From contig OX597814.1 in NCBI GenBank assembly GCA_951406725.2, positions 95,604,001 through 95,668,000 of the forward strand: a stretch of DNA of 64,000 nucleotides, in the 5' to 3' direction. The stretch comes from Octopus vulgaris. Its lineage: Eukaryota. The notes beneath the pieces are model-generated. The model made no database searches, was not told where the DNA came from, and saw only the letters and a program-made list of their open reading frames with translations. The stretch's first letter is position 1. Each line of letters begins with the position of its first letter. The position numbers were made by a program, and so were the translations under genes. This document shows positions 39,112 through 52,553 of this stretch, one piece after another.

Positions 39112-39352
39112 GGGCATATGGCGTAGTGGTTACGAGCGCTGGTTACTAACCCCAAGATTCTGAGTTCGATTCCAGGCAGTGACCTGAATAATAATAATAA
39201 TAAAAATAATAACATTGAATAAAATACCTTAGGAATGAGAACCCAGGTTTGAAATTTCCCCAAGACACCTGAAGAAGGCTGGAGGGTATATCAGTTGAAA
39301 CATGTTAACAACAAACAAGACAAGGACAAATATCTGTCAAATGTAAATAATG
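39112..39352 (+). mobile_element. tRNA-headed SINE with (AAT)n linker and hammerhead-like 3' module
   Basis: Box A TGGCGTAGTGG, box B GAGTTCGATTCC, (AAT)n, then CTGAAGA-AGGCTG...CAGTT-GAAAC at 39269-39301. Confidence 0.8.
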
Positions 39353-41179
39353 TAATTTTTTTTTTATCCCCAAAATGATGGGCATGTGACTTAACTGAAT
39401 CTTGGACTTGAAATTTGTAGCACACACACTCACCAATTGAATATGTAAGGCAGATTGGTCATGACACCATTTAGTGTGTATGAATATTAGCAGCATGAAC
39501 AAATATATATTGATATCAAACATGAAAAATAAAATACTACACTAAAAAACAAACACACTAATAATGGTAGTCTCTTGAATTTATATACATGTCTTCTCCA
39601 TGTATGAAACATATGCAGTTCTCTATAGGTAATCCTTATGCTCATTAGATATTGCATATATTATCAGCCCATCAAAATTGTTTTATTTTAAAAGCACCAG
39701 TCATTCTGCTTGTTCAAGGCATAGATCATATTGATATATCTCTGGTTTCAGGACTTTGTTATAGCTTATTTATTGGCAACTATTAGCTAAAATGCTCAAA
39801 TCTCAGTTAATTTTAATTTATTTATCTATTTTTATTTGAATACAATGGCAAGCTAAATTGCAACAGCATTTACAAAAAGCAATGAGACTTATGTGGGGGT
39901 CAAAGGCTGAAGCCAAAATACAAACACAAAGGAATATAACTTACACTACTCACAAAATGCTTAGTGTTAATTCATGGTTTCAGTTGACAGTTTTAGTAAA
40001 TGTGAACATAGATCAATGTTTTATAATATTAATCAACATACAAAGTAATACTTAAAAATTTTTTTTTTACAATTCACATCACCTGTTTAAATCAACTTTT
40101 CAGTTATGATTGTACTTTATAGTGCAGTTTTATACAAGAAGGTAAATTCAATTTACTCACAACTAACTCTTAGATTAGATTTTTTTTTTTTAATCAAAAT
40201 TACTTATAATTAGTAAGTAAAATGTTCACTTAAGAAATTCAATTTACCATGTCTACTCTATAACAAGTTGAAGGTAACAAATCCTAACTTTGGTATTCAT
40301 TAAGAATCAATTCATTTCAAATCTCATTTTATAACACTATAACAAGCTAAGATTCGAAAATGAATACTTTATAACAATGTCCAGTTAGATAAACTACAAT
40401 GTTAAATTAAGATTATGCCTATTTTTAAAAACAAGATCAATAAGAACTTGTCTAATTTGAGCACAAAATACTTTTCTCTCATTTATTCAACTTCTTTCAA
40501 TTTCCTTAATGGTAACTAGTTGCATTTTCAACAGTTGTTTGACTGAAGGTCAGTGATGGTTGAGCAGACCAATGATAAAGGCATTCCAGCTTTGATGAAC
40601 CTACCATTGTTTTATACCAAGGATATACTATTCAATGTGTTCACCTATCATTTTTAAGATAATAGGGTATGTTCTGATGGAGATTTGGCTGCTATTTGTA
40701 GCAAGTTGAATACCTGCAGAGATGCTCCATAAAAGCTCAAATTGACAACAGTTGCTTTTATAACTGGCAACTCCAGCATGACCACAGTCTAATGACAAAC
40801 AAGATAAAAGATATGTGAAAAGAAAACTGATTTCAACTGCTCTATTTCCCAGTGCATAAGACATTTTCTCCTGAAAATATCCCCCTCACACACACACATC
40901 ACCCTGCATGCATCTTATTGCTAAGAGATCAAGTTGTAGAAAACAGTTTGATTGCTGTGTCCAGTCCTCTCTAAAACTTTAGTATTATGATATAAGTCAA
41001 CATGCAAAATATACCCCAGTAACTACAATCATCTGATTCATAAATTCTGTAATATATTGATGGTAACAAGTAAGAAGTTTGCAAGGGTTTACCAGCACAG
41101 GTAACAGAGTGCCATATGTTTTGTTTGGTTTATGGTGAATCAACAATGATAATGCTTCACATGCTATTTGTAGCAGTAC

Positions 41180-42350
41180 CACGGAAGTAGACACCATCTG
41201 TTGGCTGTCAGTTTAGTGATTCAGCTGACAATACCTGTCTATAACACTACACAATGGCAACTAAAAAGAGAAAACAGACATACTCAATTAACTAAAAGCT
41301 ACAAGTTGTTGAATATGCCAACAGCATTACACCAGGCAGCTGAGCAACAGTATGGACCACCACTAATTGAGAAAAATGAATCATGAATTGAGAAAACAGG
41401 AGGAGGCATTAAACGAAATGGGAATGAAAACGGTTTACGTTATTAAAAAAAAAAAAAATCAAAAATTCCCACAACTGGAGGAACCCATAAAATTATGTAT
41501 TACACAATAAAATATGCAAAATAATACATAAGGTGAGAAATTTGGAAGAAAAGGAAAATGTATCAGAAGATGAATTCATTGGATTATCTGATGCTGCCAT
41601 TTCACAAAGAGAATTGTACAGATGCTTGAAGAGTATAAAAAATCCAGGAGTTTCATGTGATCAGCATCAGGAAGTTTATGAACTAAGACTAACAGACAGC
41701 TTTTGTAGCACAGTTGAAGATGGTGGTCATAAAAACAGGGCATGGAAAACCCATTATACTGTTCTTTTGGCCTGTTGTGCCAAGAGCACAAAGCTCTTGC
41801 TTTTACTAATTTTTAAACAAAGAACAATACTGCAGTGTGAAACTCTGGTTGGAGAAAATATAGTCATGACATCCAAGTGGTCTGTTGAAGAAATTAACAT
41901 TACTAGTGAGTAATCAATTACAAGCCTACAAAACAGGAGCAACGAAGGAAAAACTTGATTAATTAAAAACTGAAACAGTTATCCTCAGCAATTTAATGTC
42001 ACAGTCAACAAGCCATTCAAATATTTTATGTGAGAAGAGAGGAATAAGTGGATGATGACTGCTGGGAATTTAGTAACAAGATGACTGAAGTGTCTTACAT
42101 TTATAGAGATGTCAGCAGGTGAAATCTTCGCAGGCAGCCGTGAGAGCAGAAATAATACCCAAAGCATTAAAAAAAATGTGGAAACAATTGTGTAAGGTAC
42201 GGCAAGAAGAATGAACTTCTCTATGAAAATAGTGAAGACTCATAAACAACTAACAGCAATGACTGATGCAGATAACCCCAGTGATTAATATTTAGTAGAC
42301 AGTAAACTAAACCAGTCTTCAGCTATGTCACACTCTTGAGATATATATTT
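41180..42350 (+). mobile_element. Degraded pogo (POGK-like) transposase
   Basis: KFPQLEE, KTHYTVLLACCA..KLLLLLIFKQRT, NVTVNKPFKYFM*EERNKWM. Confidence 0.75.
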
Positions 42351-43302
42351 CACACTAAAATTAGTTTTTAAAAATGAGTAGTGAGTTCTGTCACACCTTC
42401 TGGCTATAATGGCATCACGGGTGCACTACTAATTTCCAAATGTGTGTATGTATGCACACACACACACACGTAGTAAACATACAAACAAAGCAAATTTAAC
42501 TATTTCTCTTAATAGATTGATGAACAGCTTAACTGATCTTCAAACATTGGATTCTTCATCACTTGATCAATCCCTGAGAAAGTAGCCAATCTGTTTATGT
42601 ACACAATAAATCCAGTAGCTTCAGAGAACTGGGGCTATTAATTTGCTTACTAATTGTGCAAATCAGTGAGATGCACAGATACTTGGCAATAGATACATAC
42701 AATAGATATGACTGCATGGGTTGTTGAATTGTTAAAAAAGCTCTGTCGACAATTGTAACAAGCTATGTCCAGAAACAGAGTACTAATTTTTGTTAATGCA
42801 CAACCATTTGGTCTAAACTAGAGGTTTTTACAAAATAAATTTTGATATGTTCATAAATCAGCAGAAACTATCAATGAAAATATTCTTTACTACTTATAAG
42901 ATGTCTATAATCACTTGTAGGATCTTGTGAATCAAAAATACAGTAATTAGGTTGTTAAGCAAGTAATGCACATTGACAAGCAGGACAAACACTTTTTAAA
43001 CACAAAATTCAATTTATAAGTAATATCATTGATAACAGTCCAGTTCAATTAAAATGAATGTTTAATCAGTAAATTCCAAGACAATTGTTACTGCAGTGCC
43101 TTGTCACATTGAAGCTTCAGATACATACTTTCACTCTTAGATATTGAAAAACACATTTAAAATAAATTAGTAGAAACTCTTCCAACTAAACCCTCTAAAT
43201 CCAAACAAATTAATATTATAAAAAGTTCCGAAATAAAAACAGCAACCAAGCAAAATATAATTTCTTATTGTGATGATGATGTAATTAAAATTAAAATTTG
43301 TT

Positions 43303-43445
43303 ATCATTATTTAACGTCTGTTTTCCATGCAGGCATAGGTTGGATGGTTTGACAGGGGCTGGCTAGGCAGAAGCCTGCACCAGGCTTCAGTATCTGTTTT
43401 GGCAGGGTTTTTACAGTTAGGTGTCCTTCCTAACACTAACCACTA
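43303..43445 (-). mobile_element. RTE-type 3' tail fragment
   Basis: ATCATTATTTAACGTCTGTTTTCCATGCAGGCATAGGTTGGATGG. Confidence 0.8.
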
Positions 43446-44330
43446 GAGCCTATTTTCTCCATAAAATATTAAGGGATATTAACCAGCAAGATTCACATGC
43501 TAGTCAATAAAGAGACTCATATATACAATCTTTTTATAACAATACTTGTAAAATAAGTTACTAGAGCACTTCAGTTTTTTTTTGTTTTAAAATTGATGTA
43601 CTTTCAAATTGTTTATTTTATTAAGAAACTAACAAAAAAAAAAAAAAACGAGTGTTTGGTAACAGTTAAGATATTTCTGAAATAATTCAATTTTCTCAAA
43701 ATTTCTTGTGATAAAACTATTATAATTTGGGTATAATGTTAAAAAAGAAACACCTGCAATTTCAGACTTTCCATTGGTCTGTCAACGAATTGAATCAAAG
43801 ATCCGAGTTTCAAAAATTAACCCAGTCAACTTCAATAGTCGCTTGCAAAAGTTCTAATATTTTCAACAACAAATTGTTATCCAGCATTTATATATCTTGA
43901 GGTTTTGAGAATGAGCAGAACAGAAGCTGGGAAAGCAAACCCAATTCAATGCAATTTCACAGGAACTGAATGAATATAGTTAAATATTGAAATTGTTTTG
44001 GTATGTTTTCAAGAAAAGGTTTAGTATTCTGTCACAATTAAGTGGTGGTGTGCTTTCTTAATATTTTAGTGATAAATTAAGGATGAATGAAAGTGTATAC
44101 AGAATTAGACTATACGAATGTATGATTTTAAAAAAATGCGTGCATTGTTATGTACCTATATAAAACAACTAGAACCCACTACCAAAACACACATATTTTT
44201 AAAATCTTACAACTTTTGCTATGTAACCCAACAGTGTAACAAACTTATGAAGTCAGGTACTAAATAAATTTCTATATAATAGCCAACACAGATGTTGGTC
44301 ATTTGGGTGATTTCTCCAGGTACATTTTAC

Positions 44331-44332
<2 letters not shown>

Positions 44333-44397
<65 letters not shown>
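44333..44397. repeat. (GA)n microsatellite
   Basis: About 32 GA units with one interruption. Confidence 0.98.
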
Positions 44398-44399
<2 letters not shown>

Positions 44400-45599
44400 A
44401 GGATAAAAAGTACTGAATGAATACACATACTAGGCTTGGTAGCAAGCAATGAGTTAAAAAACACTACACACACACATAATGAGAGAGAAAGCATCATAGA
44501 CAGAAGAGGAAATGACAGTATTTACAATGGATAAATATACACATACATACAGATAATTTAAGAAATCTAAATACCACAAATACATATGACTTGGTGTACA
44601 CACTAGGGAAAAAAACATTTTCACTTTATTTCAAAAAGGGGGTTAAAAATTAAAACAAAATTTTTTTGCCTTGTTGATTTTAATATTGTAGACAAAAGAC
44701 ATTGATGGTTGTTCTAAAAAAAACTATAGAATTCTTTTGCTTAAAGAACATATATAACTGGTGAATTGAGAAAGAAACAAAAATGAAGCAAGAAATCTAA
44801 AAAAAATAAACTTTATCACTTAAGTGAAATGTATAAGTAAATGCTTGAATGTGCAAATAAGAAGTTTATTTAATTCAATTTTATTTTAAGGTAATTTTTA
44901 AAAATTAGTAATTATATTTCTTGATATACCCATAGTGTCAAAAGTCTACTTCAAAGTTACTTGTCATATGACAAGTAACACTCTGGTATTATTAATATAA
45001 CAAGCATTAATGTCAGAATGTACATTGCTTATTTCCTAAACCTTATTTTAATAATTACAAAAATCATTTATTGTGTATAATGGATGATGAAAACAACATG
45101 CCTTTCATTGTTCATAATATTTAATCTAGTATGAGTGCTGTTGACAGTGAATAAACTAGTGAAAAGACATTCAAGTTAAATGAACTCTTGGAAGAAACTG
45201 AAAAGCTTTTAAATTCCCTTCAGAGATTTTTTAGTATAGGATTATACAAGGTTTATAAGTTATGTATTAATGGATATTGATTGCAATGAACAAATAGTTA
45301 TGAGAAATACAGAAAATTACGTACTTAAAACCCAATCTCCACACACACACTTCTAAATAGTTATTAAAAATGTTCACCTAAGTAGTAAATTATTACTTAA
45401 TGAAATTTCAATGTTTTTATTTAATTCTTTAAGTGTAAAGAAGAAGCTTAGTATAATTAGTATGTATAGGTGTTAACAAGAAACAAGCTATATTAAAAAC
45501 CTTTATGGGAGAATCCATGATAATCAAATACATAAACTAGTTACAAAATGGTTAAATTCTTAAAACATTACAATTATATTTTATAATACTGGTTTCAGC

Positions 45600-45725
45600 A
45601 ATTTCAGGGAATGGATTAAGTTGATTACATCAACCCCTGTACTCAACTCTACTTATTTTATTGGCCCTGAAAGAATGAAAGGCCAAGTCAAATTCAGCAG
45701 CATTTGAACTCAGATCATAAAGTAA
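45600..45725 (-). mobile_element. SINE fragment (family C)
   Basis: TACTTATTTTATTGGCCCTGAAAGAATGAAAGGCCAAGTC...ATTTGAACTC is the reverse complement of 53750-53835. Confidence 0.7.
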
Positions 45726-48236
45726 CCAAATATAAGCAACATTTTTGTTCTTGAAGTAGTTTAAAAAAAGAGGGGGGAGAATCTAATCCAAAAACAAATA
45801 ATACCCACTCCCTGTCTTTATTTTAACTTAGCAAGGTCTATTTCTTTGACCCTTTACAGTCAAAGCATCTATAGCAATATACCTGATTCAAGTGCTTGCA
45901 ACAGTGGTGATGTTAATACTTAATCTATTATCTATTTAAGGATTAAATTGAGATTTTGCACCAATTTACAAACACATTCTTTATTTTACCCAGTTATCTC
46001 AACCACAGAGAAGAAGTACAAACAGTTTATATTTCAAAATAAAAATACAAAATCTTTGAAAAGTGAGTCAGAAAAGTTTAACAAAAAGTCTATAAAATAA
46101 TTAGATTTCAACATTTCTGACAAGAAAATGTTTTAAGGAACATATCCATATATTAGAAACTAAACTGCTTATACAAATGATCTTTGTAGTCTGTAAAATA
46201 AAAACATTTTATATATATATATATTACATATACATAAAATAGTCTAATTGCATTTTTTTTCAGCTGCTAGATAAAACATGCATGTTACATATCAAGGCTG
46301 AAGTACATAAGTACTGATTGATCATATCCCAACCAGTAATAAATCCATTACAATGTCAGCAGCCTGGTCTTAAGCAGCTAATAGGTTGCAAGTCTGATAT
46401 CAAATCAATATAGACTATTTGCAAGGAGAGAGGGTCTTATGTAAGAGATAAAAAATTGGTTGCAGGTTTTCCTTTTCTCCATTTCCCTCTCCCCACTCCC
46501 ACTGTCTCCAAGTTTCATGTTAGCTGGTATTATCTAAGGTAAACTGATGTACTATAAATTGGCTAGCCATCAACTTGACATTTGGTCTACAACATATCTA
46601 ACAATACAAAATTAATCAAATTATCTGCACTAAGAAGAAGCTACTTATATATTTTTTCTAGTTTTTTTGTTTTTATAAGATTTCAAAAACAGCGCTTGAA
46701 AAGGTCAAAAATCTTTCTTAAAACCAAACAAGATCATACTTATTATTAGAGCAATATGATTGTCAAACACCAATTAAAGATAAAAATCCAAGAGTAGAAA
46801 TTAGTAATAGACATGAGTGTAAATAATGCATGAACAGCTCTTTTCTTAGAAAACTTGATTCATTGTTATTCAGCTAATAAATCTGATGGAATGTAATAAC
46901 TTCAGCTGAAATAATTAGTAAGACCAAATAATAATATTAATAATAGTAATAATAATGCACACAAAAAATGTCATGAACACTATATATTTACTTTTCAGTT
47001 GACAATAAGTATAATTATTTCATTAACAATGTGGCAGGTACCATGTGATGTTATGTTTGCAGTGAATCTGCAGTCTGCTCTTTATTCCAATAAGAACACC
47101 ACTGAGATATGCGTAATTCTAAAAAATACAACATAATTATGTAACAAATATGCTTGCTCAAGAGAAGAAATGAGGTGATATTGCATACACACACACAAAT
47201 TTAACTAGTCTGAATTTCAAAAATGGTAACTGACCAATGATATACTAGCGTTTTAAATGTGGTAATGCCAAACCCAATTGACAACAACAACAATAAAAAA
47301 GTAACCACAAACTAACCAATGAAAAAAAATGGCTAACTACAAAGACCAAAAAGAAAAAAGTGACTAGCAAAATAGTCAAAGACATCAGACATATCACCTG
47401 AATAGTCAACATGAAATTGACATAAGAATTCAGTGAGCAGAGTAGTTAACAGAATTGGAATTTTGAAATTGGAGAAAATGATAACAGTCAAACAGAAAAT
47501 ACCAGAACACCAACCAAATTGGAAAACAAAATGTGGCAGTGCGAGACAGTGGGAAAAAAAAAGAGAAACCACCAATTTACCAATAAAAACAAGTAATGAT
47601 GTAGGAAAGCTAGGTATATTAGAGAAATCAACTAATAGGAAAAGAATGATCAACAACTTAACTAGAGAAAGAGCAAACACCAATATTCAATATACATTGC
47701 TAGTGTAAAATAATGGTGTCAGAAAAAACTGACAAAAACAAGAAAACAAGAAAACAAAAAAAGGCACATATACAAACACACATTAACATCATAATTATTT
47801 ACCAGGTTTGAGATAACATGAATTGCTTTGGAACAGTGAATCTTGAAGCAATTAAAGCTATAACAGCATGTAACTACTGGGTTAAAAAAACCTCTAGTAA
47901 AAGTTGAAGGCTACCTGTGGGATGTGAACCTACATCCCCTGTAACATATAATTAATATGCATATATCATCATTTAACATCCATGTTCCATGCTGGCATAT
48001 ATATATACATACACTTATACACTTACACATTAAAATGCATATAAATGTAAATTTGAGTCTATATATTTACATGTATGTATGCATGTACGTATATATAAAC
48101 TGTGTTCAATATTACTATAACATGGGTCAAATTTCAAACTCTAACCTATCCAAGCTTTGATAACTTTTTTAAAAAGAATGGCATTTGGAACTTTCTACTC
48201 AGCACAAGCCTTTGGGTAAATGGTAAACTTACCAGC

Positions 48237-48280
48237 AAACTTATTTTCTACATTATACCTTATGTATGTATGTATGTATG

Positions 48281-48317
<37 letters not shown>

Positions 48318-48421
48318 TAAAATGTAGAAAATAAGTTTATATATATATATATATATATGGTAAAATGTAGAAAATAAGTTTATATATATATATATATATA
48401 TATGGTAAAATGTAGAAAATA

Positions 48422-48461
<40 letters not shown>

Positions 48462-48503
48462 AAAAATGAAGTTCGAAAATGCTGCTGTATTATACAATTT
48501 TTA

Positions 48504-48539
<36 letters not shown>

Positions 48540-48719
48540 ATAAAAATGGTAAGACAACAAAAGAATGAAAGAGACCTCGATATTATGTAAATAGAGGAAT
48601 TTATCTGTAAATATAATACCTGACAATTATTCGTGGATTTCCACCTCGGCATCCGAAACTTGGAGTTTTATCATGTCACATATTATATATACATAAGGTA
48701 TAATGTAGAAAATAAGTTT
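48237..48719. repeat. Composite repeat: 29-bp perfect inverted repeat enclosing three tandem GGTAAAATGTAGAAAATAAGTT(TA)n units
   Basis: AAACTTATTTTCTACATTATACCTTATGT at ~48237 and its reverse complement at ~48691-48719. Confidence 0.88.
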
Positions 48720-48729
48720 ATATATATAC

Positions 48730-49262
48730 CCACACACTATATGTTCCCTCTTTATAACCCTTTAAAACTTGTTCTTCATTCATTACATTTCTTCCATCAC
48801 CCATTCCCCTTCTCTGTCTTTCATTCTCCTATACACTCTTGTAATCTCTACCTACCTACACTTCCTGTTCCTCTGACACTTCTCACTCTTCTCTTGTACT
48901 TTGAAGGACCACCTACATATCTCATCATCACTACTATCTCTTTTCAGCACTACATCTATCACAACCATCCACTCTTCTAAAATGTGAGTAACAATAAAGT
49001 TCCTCTACAGAAAGAAACCACTTCTCCTCTGGCTCCGTCTCTCATCATTTAACCCCTCAGAGCTCAGTCTTGCAAGCCGGTTCCACAAAAAAGGCACTTG
49101 GAATGCAGTGTAAAGTAGTTGGCATTAGAAATGGCATCTGGCCCTAGAAACCATACAACAGCAGATTTTATAGTACAAAACATTTCTTGGGCCCATCAAA
49201 GGCTGTCAAACCATCCAACCCAAGCCAACATTGAACATGGATACCAAATGATGATAATGACA
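48730..49262 (+). mobile_element. RTE-type 3' tail preceded by a pyrimidine-rich UTR
   Basis: AACCATCCAACCCAAGCCAACATTGAACATGGATACCAAATGATGATAATG terminus. Confidence 0.6.
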
Positions 49263-49429
49263 ATGGGTATTCAAACACACACACACACTCATGCAGCCAT
49301 GGACATGTGACTGAGGAGTTCACTTCATAACCTCACGGTTTCAGGTTCAGTCCCACTTTGTGGAACAATGGGCCCTTGTTTTATACTATAGTTCTTGGCA
49401 CCTGAAGAAGCCCATTGTATATATATCAT

Positions 49430-49815
49430 CATAGTTTTAATATACACTTTTCTATGCTTGCATGAGTCAGATGGAATTCGTTGAGGTAGATTTTCTATAG
49501 TCAGCTGCTCTTCTCTTCACTAACTCTCACCCGTTTCCAAGTACAGTAATATTTCCCCATAACCAGAAAAGTTTCCACAGAGGACTGGAAATGACAGTGA
49601 CACTTGCTTACAACCACCACACAATGTCAAAGCAAAGAGACAGTAATGTATACACACACATACATATGATGAGCTGCTTTCAGTTTCCATCTACCAAATC
49701 CACACAGAAGGCTTTGGTTAACTCAATGTTATACTAGAAGACCCTTGCTGCAGTAAGATTCAAACTGGAATCATGTGGTTAGGAAATAAACTTTTATCAC
49801 ACAATCATGTCCACA
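49430..49815 (-). mobile_element. tRNA-derived SINE (family B with RTE-like tail)
   Basis: Collinear with 37280-37645 and 22450-22660. Confidence 0.65.
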
Positions 49816-50194
49816 CCTATATGCAAGCACATATGAATGTGCAAGTGAGTGTGTATCTGTTGTGTTAGCCAGCTTATAAACAATGACTTTAACCTGTCAC
49901 AGGCTTGTAGTCAACCATAAAAGAATAACTGAGCTTTCCAACATGTCTTGACATGTTGTGTGATCTTTTTAAACAATAGGCTCTTCAAACAGTGTTATCT
50001 GCTTCCAGTTCCCTCATAGAAAACATGTCTGGGCTGTTAGTTGTTTGTTACACAGTGACATTATTAAACTTGCTTACAAACTAGTGAAGGTTGTCAACCA
50101 GCTTTAGAAAGAACTCTGCCCCAACCTAGCTGCATTTAACCCATGTAGCCATGGGATGGTACATGTTAAAACAATGATGATATATATACACATG

Positions 50195-50345
50195 TGCATG
50201 TGGCTGTGTTACAAAGTTTGCTTCCCAAACACATGGTTCCAGATTCAGTCCCACTGAGTAGCACCTTGGGCAAGTGTCTTCTACAATAACCCTGGGTCAA
50301 ATAGTCTTGTGAGTGGTGGATTTCATAGGACACTGAAAAAAACTT
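50195..50345 (+). mobile_element. SINE family B 5' part
   Basis: AAGTTTGCTTCCCAAACACATGGTTCCAGATTCAGTCCCACTG...CACCTTGGGCAAGTGTCTTCTAC. Confidence 0.72.
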
Positions 50346-50508
50346 GTGTGTGTGTATATCATTAATGGTGTAAGACTGAGTAATATCATATAGCTGATAA
50401 CTGATGAAGAATTAGGGACATTCTGTGTGTCTTCTGTCCGTTTGTGGACTCAATATACATTATATGCTTTTTACTTTTCATCTATGCATTTACTATACAT
50501 TTTTCACT

Positions 50509-50576
<68 letters not shown>

Positions 50577-52090
50577 AAATATAGGTACACACACATATAT
50601 ATATAGATTAATTCCTCAAATTAAAGTAAAATTGTTTTTATTATAACAAATATTCATACACACACACATTCCCACATTTATATACATAGATACATACAGA
50701 CATGTATATATATACATATATGGTGGAAATCAAATTATGACCAAGGAAGGGAACATCCTTAAGTCAGTAGGCCCATACTAACACACAGAATCCAAGAAGC
50801 TCCCATGCATGAATTTGCTTTTTAGTGGATAAAGTATTGCACGGCACTGAACCCACCTTTCAGTGCAAAGAGCTATAAAACCAGTGGCACAACAGAGATT
50901 GGGATAAACAGAAATCAACCAACTGCACTTCTAATTTTTTTTATACAAGTTTACCTTGTCCTAGAAGGAAGTTATAGCAAGAATTAGGGGTTCTTCACTC
51001 CCAGTGGTTCACATGCTAGTTAACCCATAGCTGGGATCCTAATAGATGATAGTACTCTAGATCAGAGTGGACTTGAAAACAATAATGGCAAAGAGCTGGT
51101 TCCACACTCCTCAAAACCCTGGACCTGTATGCCAGGGTCCCACTAACAGATGTAATTTAATGTCCTATCCAGGACTAATCTCTCTGACACATGTATGTGG
51201 GTGTATATATACAATTATTTTACTCAAATCTTCATTATTTTCAAAATAAATTGAAACAAAAGCAGTATTTCAACAGAAATATGGTAACAAAGTGTTAAAC
51301 AATGTCCACAGACAAGATACAATTTTCATCCAAGAAAAGTCTCTTATAGACATTGTGTTAAAAACAATATACATTAGAGGGATACCTAAAAAAATTCTTT
51401 TTTAAACCATACCACCTGCAGTAGCTAGCAAAAGTACCTTAGGCATTTCAGCTTTCTTGGGCCTTATCAATGATGAACTCATAGACACATTCCTAAGCGA
51501 AATCTCTCACCTATGATATATAGGAACTGAACAATTTATTCACTGATGTTGCAAATAGTTGGCATCCTGAATAAAAACCTGTCATATGCAATAAAAGTAA
51601 TATGTATCATACTTAATATATATACACCATATACAGGCAAGATACCATGTTTTTTGTCAATGATAAAATTTCTTCATGTCTGTAAATAGATACTACCTAG
51701 GATGTAAACCATATTATCTTGCCTACAAACAGTATATATACAAGAAGTAATGATACACAGCTATATACACAGGTGTGCATATCTGTATGTGTGTGTATAT
51801 ATATATATATATATCTTTTTGATCATTTTGTCATCTGACATGTGGCATATGGTACACCTATACAAGTTAATGCCGATTTGATGGAGTGAGTGAGCTTATG
51901 TGAACACAAGAATGTGATCACTATAAACAAAGTATCAGTGTGGTTGTTTGGCAAGAAATTGCTGAACAACCACACAAATGATTTGTTTATATTGATCAAG
52001 AAATTGCCAATCATCATCATCATCATTTAACGTCCGCTTTCCATGCTAGCATGGGTTGGACTATATATATATATAAATATATATATATAT

Positions 52091-52553
52091 AAATCCCGTA
52101 CAGTTTGTGTTTATAGTGATCAAATGTTTGTGGTGTACATTAGCTCACTTCTATCAAATTGACATCATACAGGTGCATGGTTTGCTGTATGTTGAATGTG
52201 GAAGTGATTACAAAGTAACCTGAGATTAACTGTTTTGCTCAACAACACAATGTACCACCTGGTCCAGAAGTCAAAGCCTGGTCATGTATATATATAAATA
52301 TATATATATATGCATAGTGAGAATGCATGGTCTAAAGGTTAGAGTATTGCACTAACAAATACATGACCAGGCTTTGGACCAGGTGGCACATTATGTTGTT
52401 GAGCAAAACAGTTCATCTCAGGTTACTTTGTAATCACTTCCACATTCAACATACAGCAAACCTTGCACCTGTATGATGTCAATTTGATAGAAGTGAGCTA
52501 ATAATGTACACCACTAACATTTGATCACTATAAACACAATCTGTACGGGATTT
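52091..52553. repeat. Long inverted repeat: ~195-bp arms (52091-52289 / 52359-52553) with ~70-nt spacer
   Basis: Arms are near-exact reverse complements, with only a handful of substitutions and two small indels by eye. Confidence 0.95.

Noticed and set aside
39112-39185. Functional tRNA gene
   Set aside because: A/B boxes are present, but the acceptor stem does not pair cleanly and the sequence runs into an (AAT)n linker and repeat body; it is a SINE head.
48102-48980. ORFs rich in YI/HT/CV dipeptides (also at 17503, 31900, 50425, 53900)
   Set aside because: These are translations of dinucleotide microsatellites.
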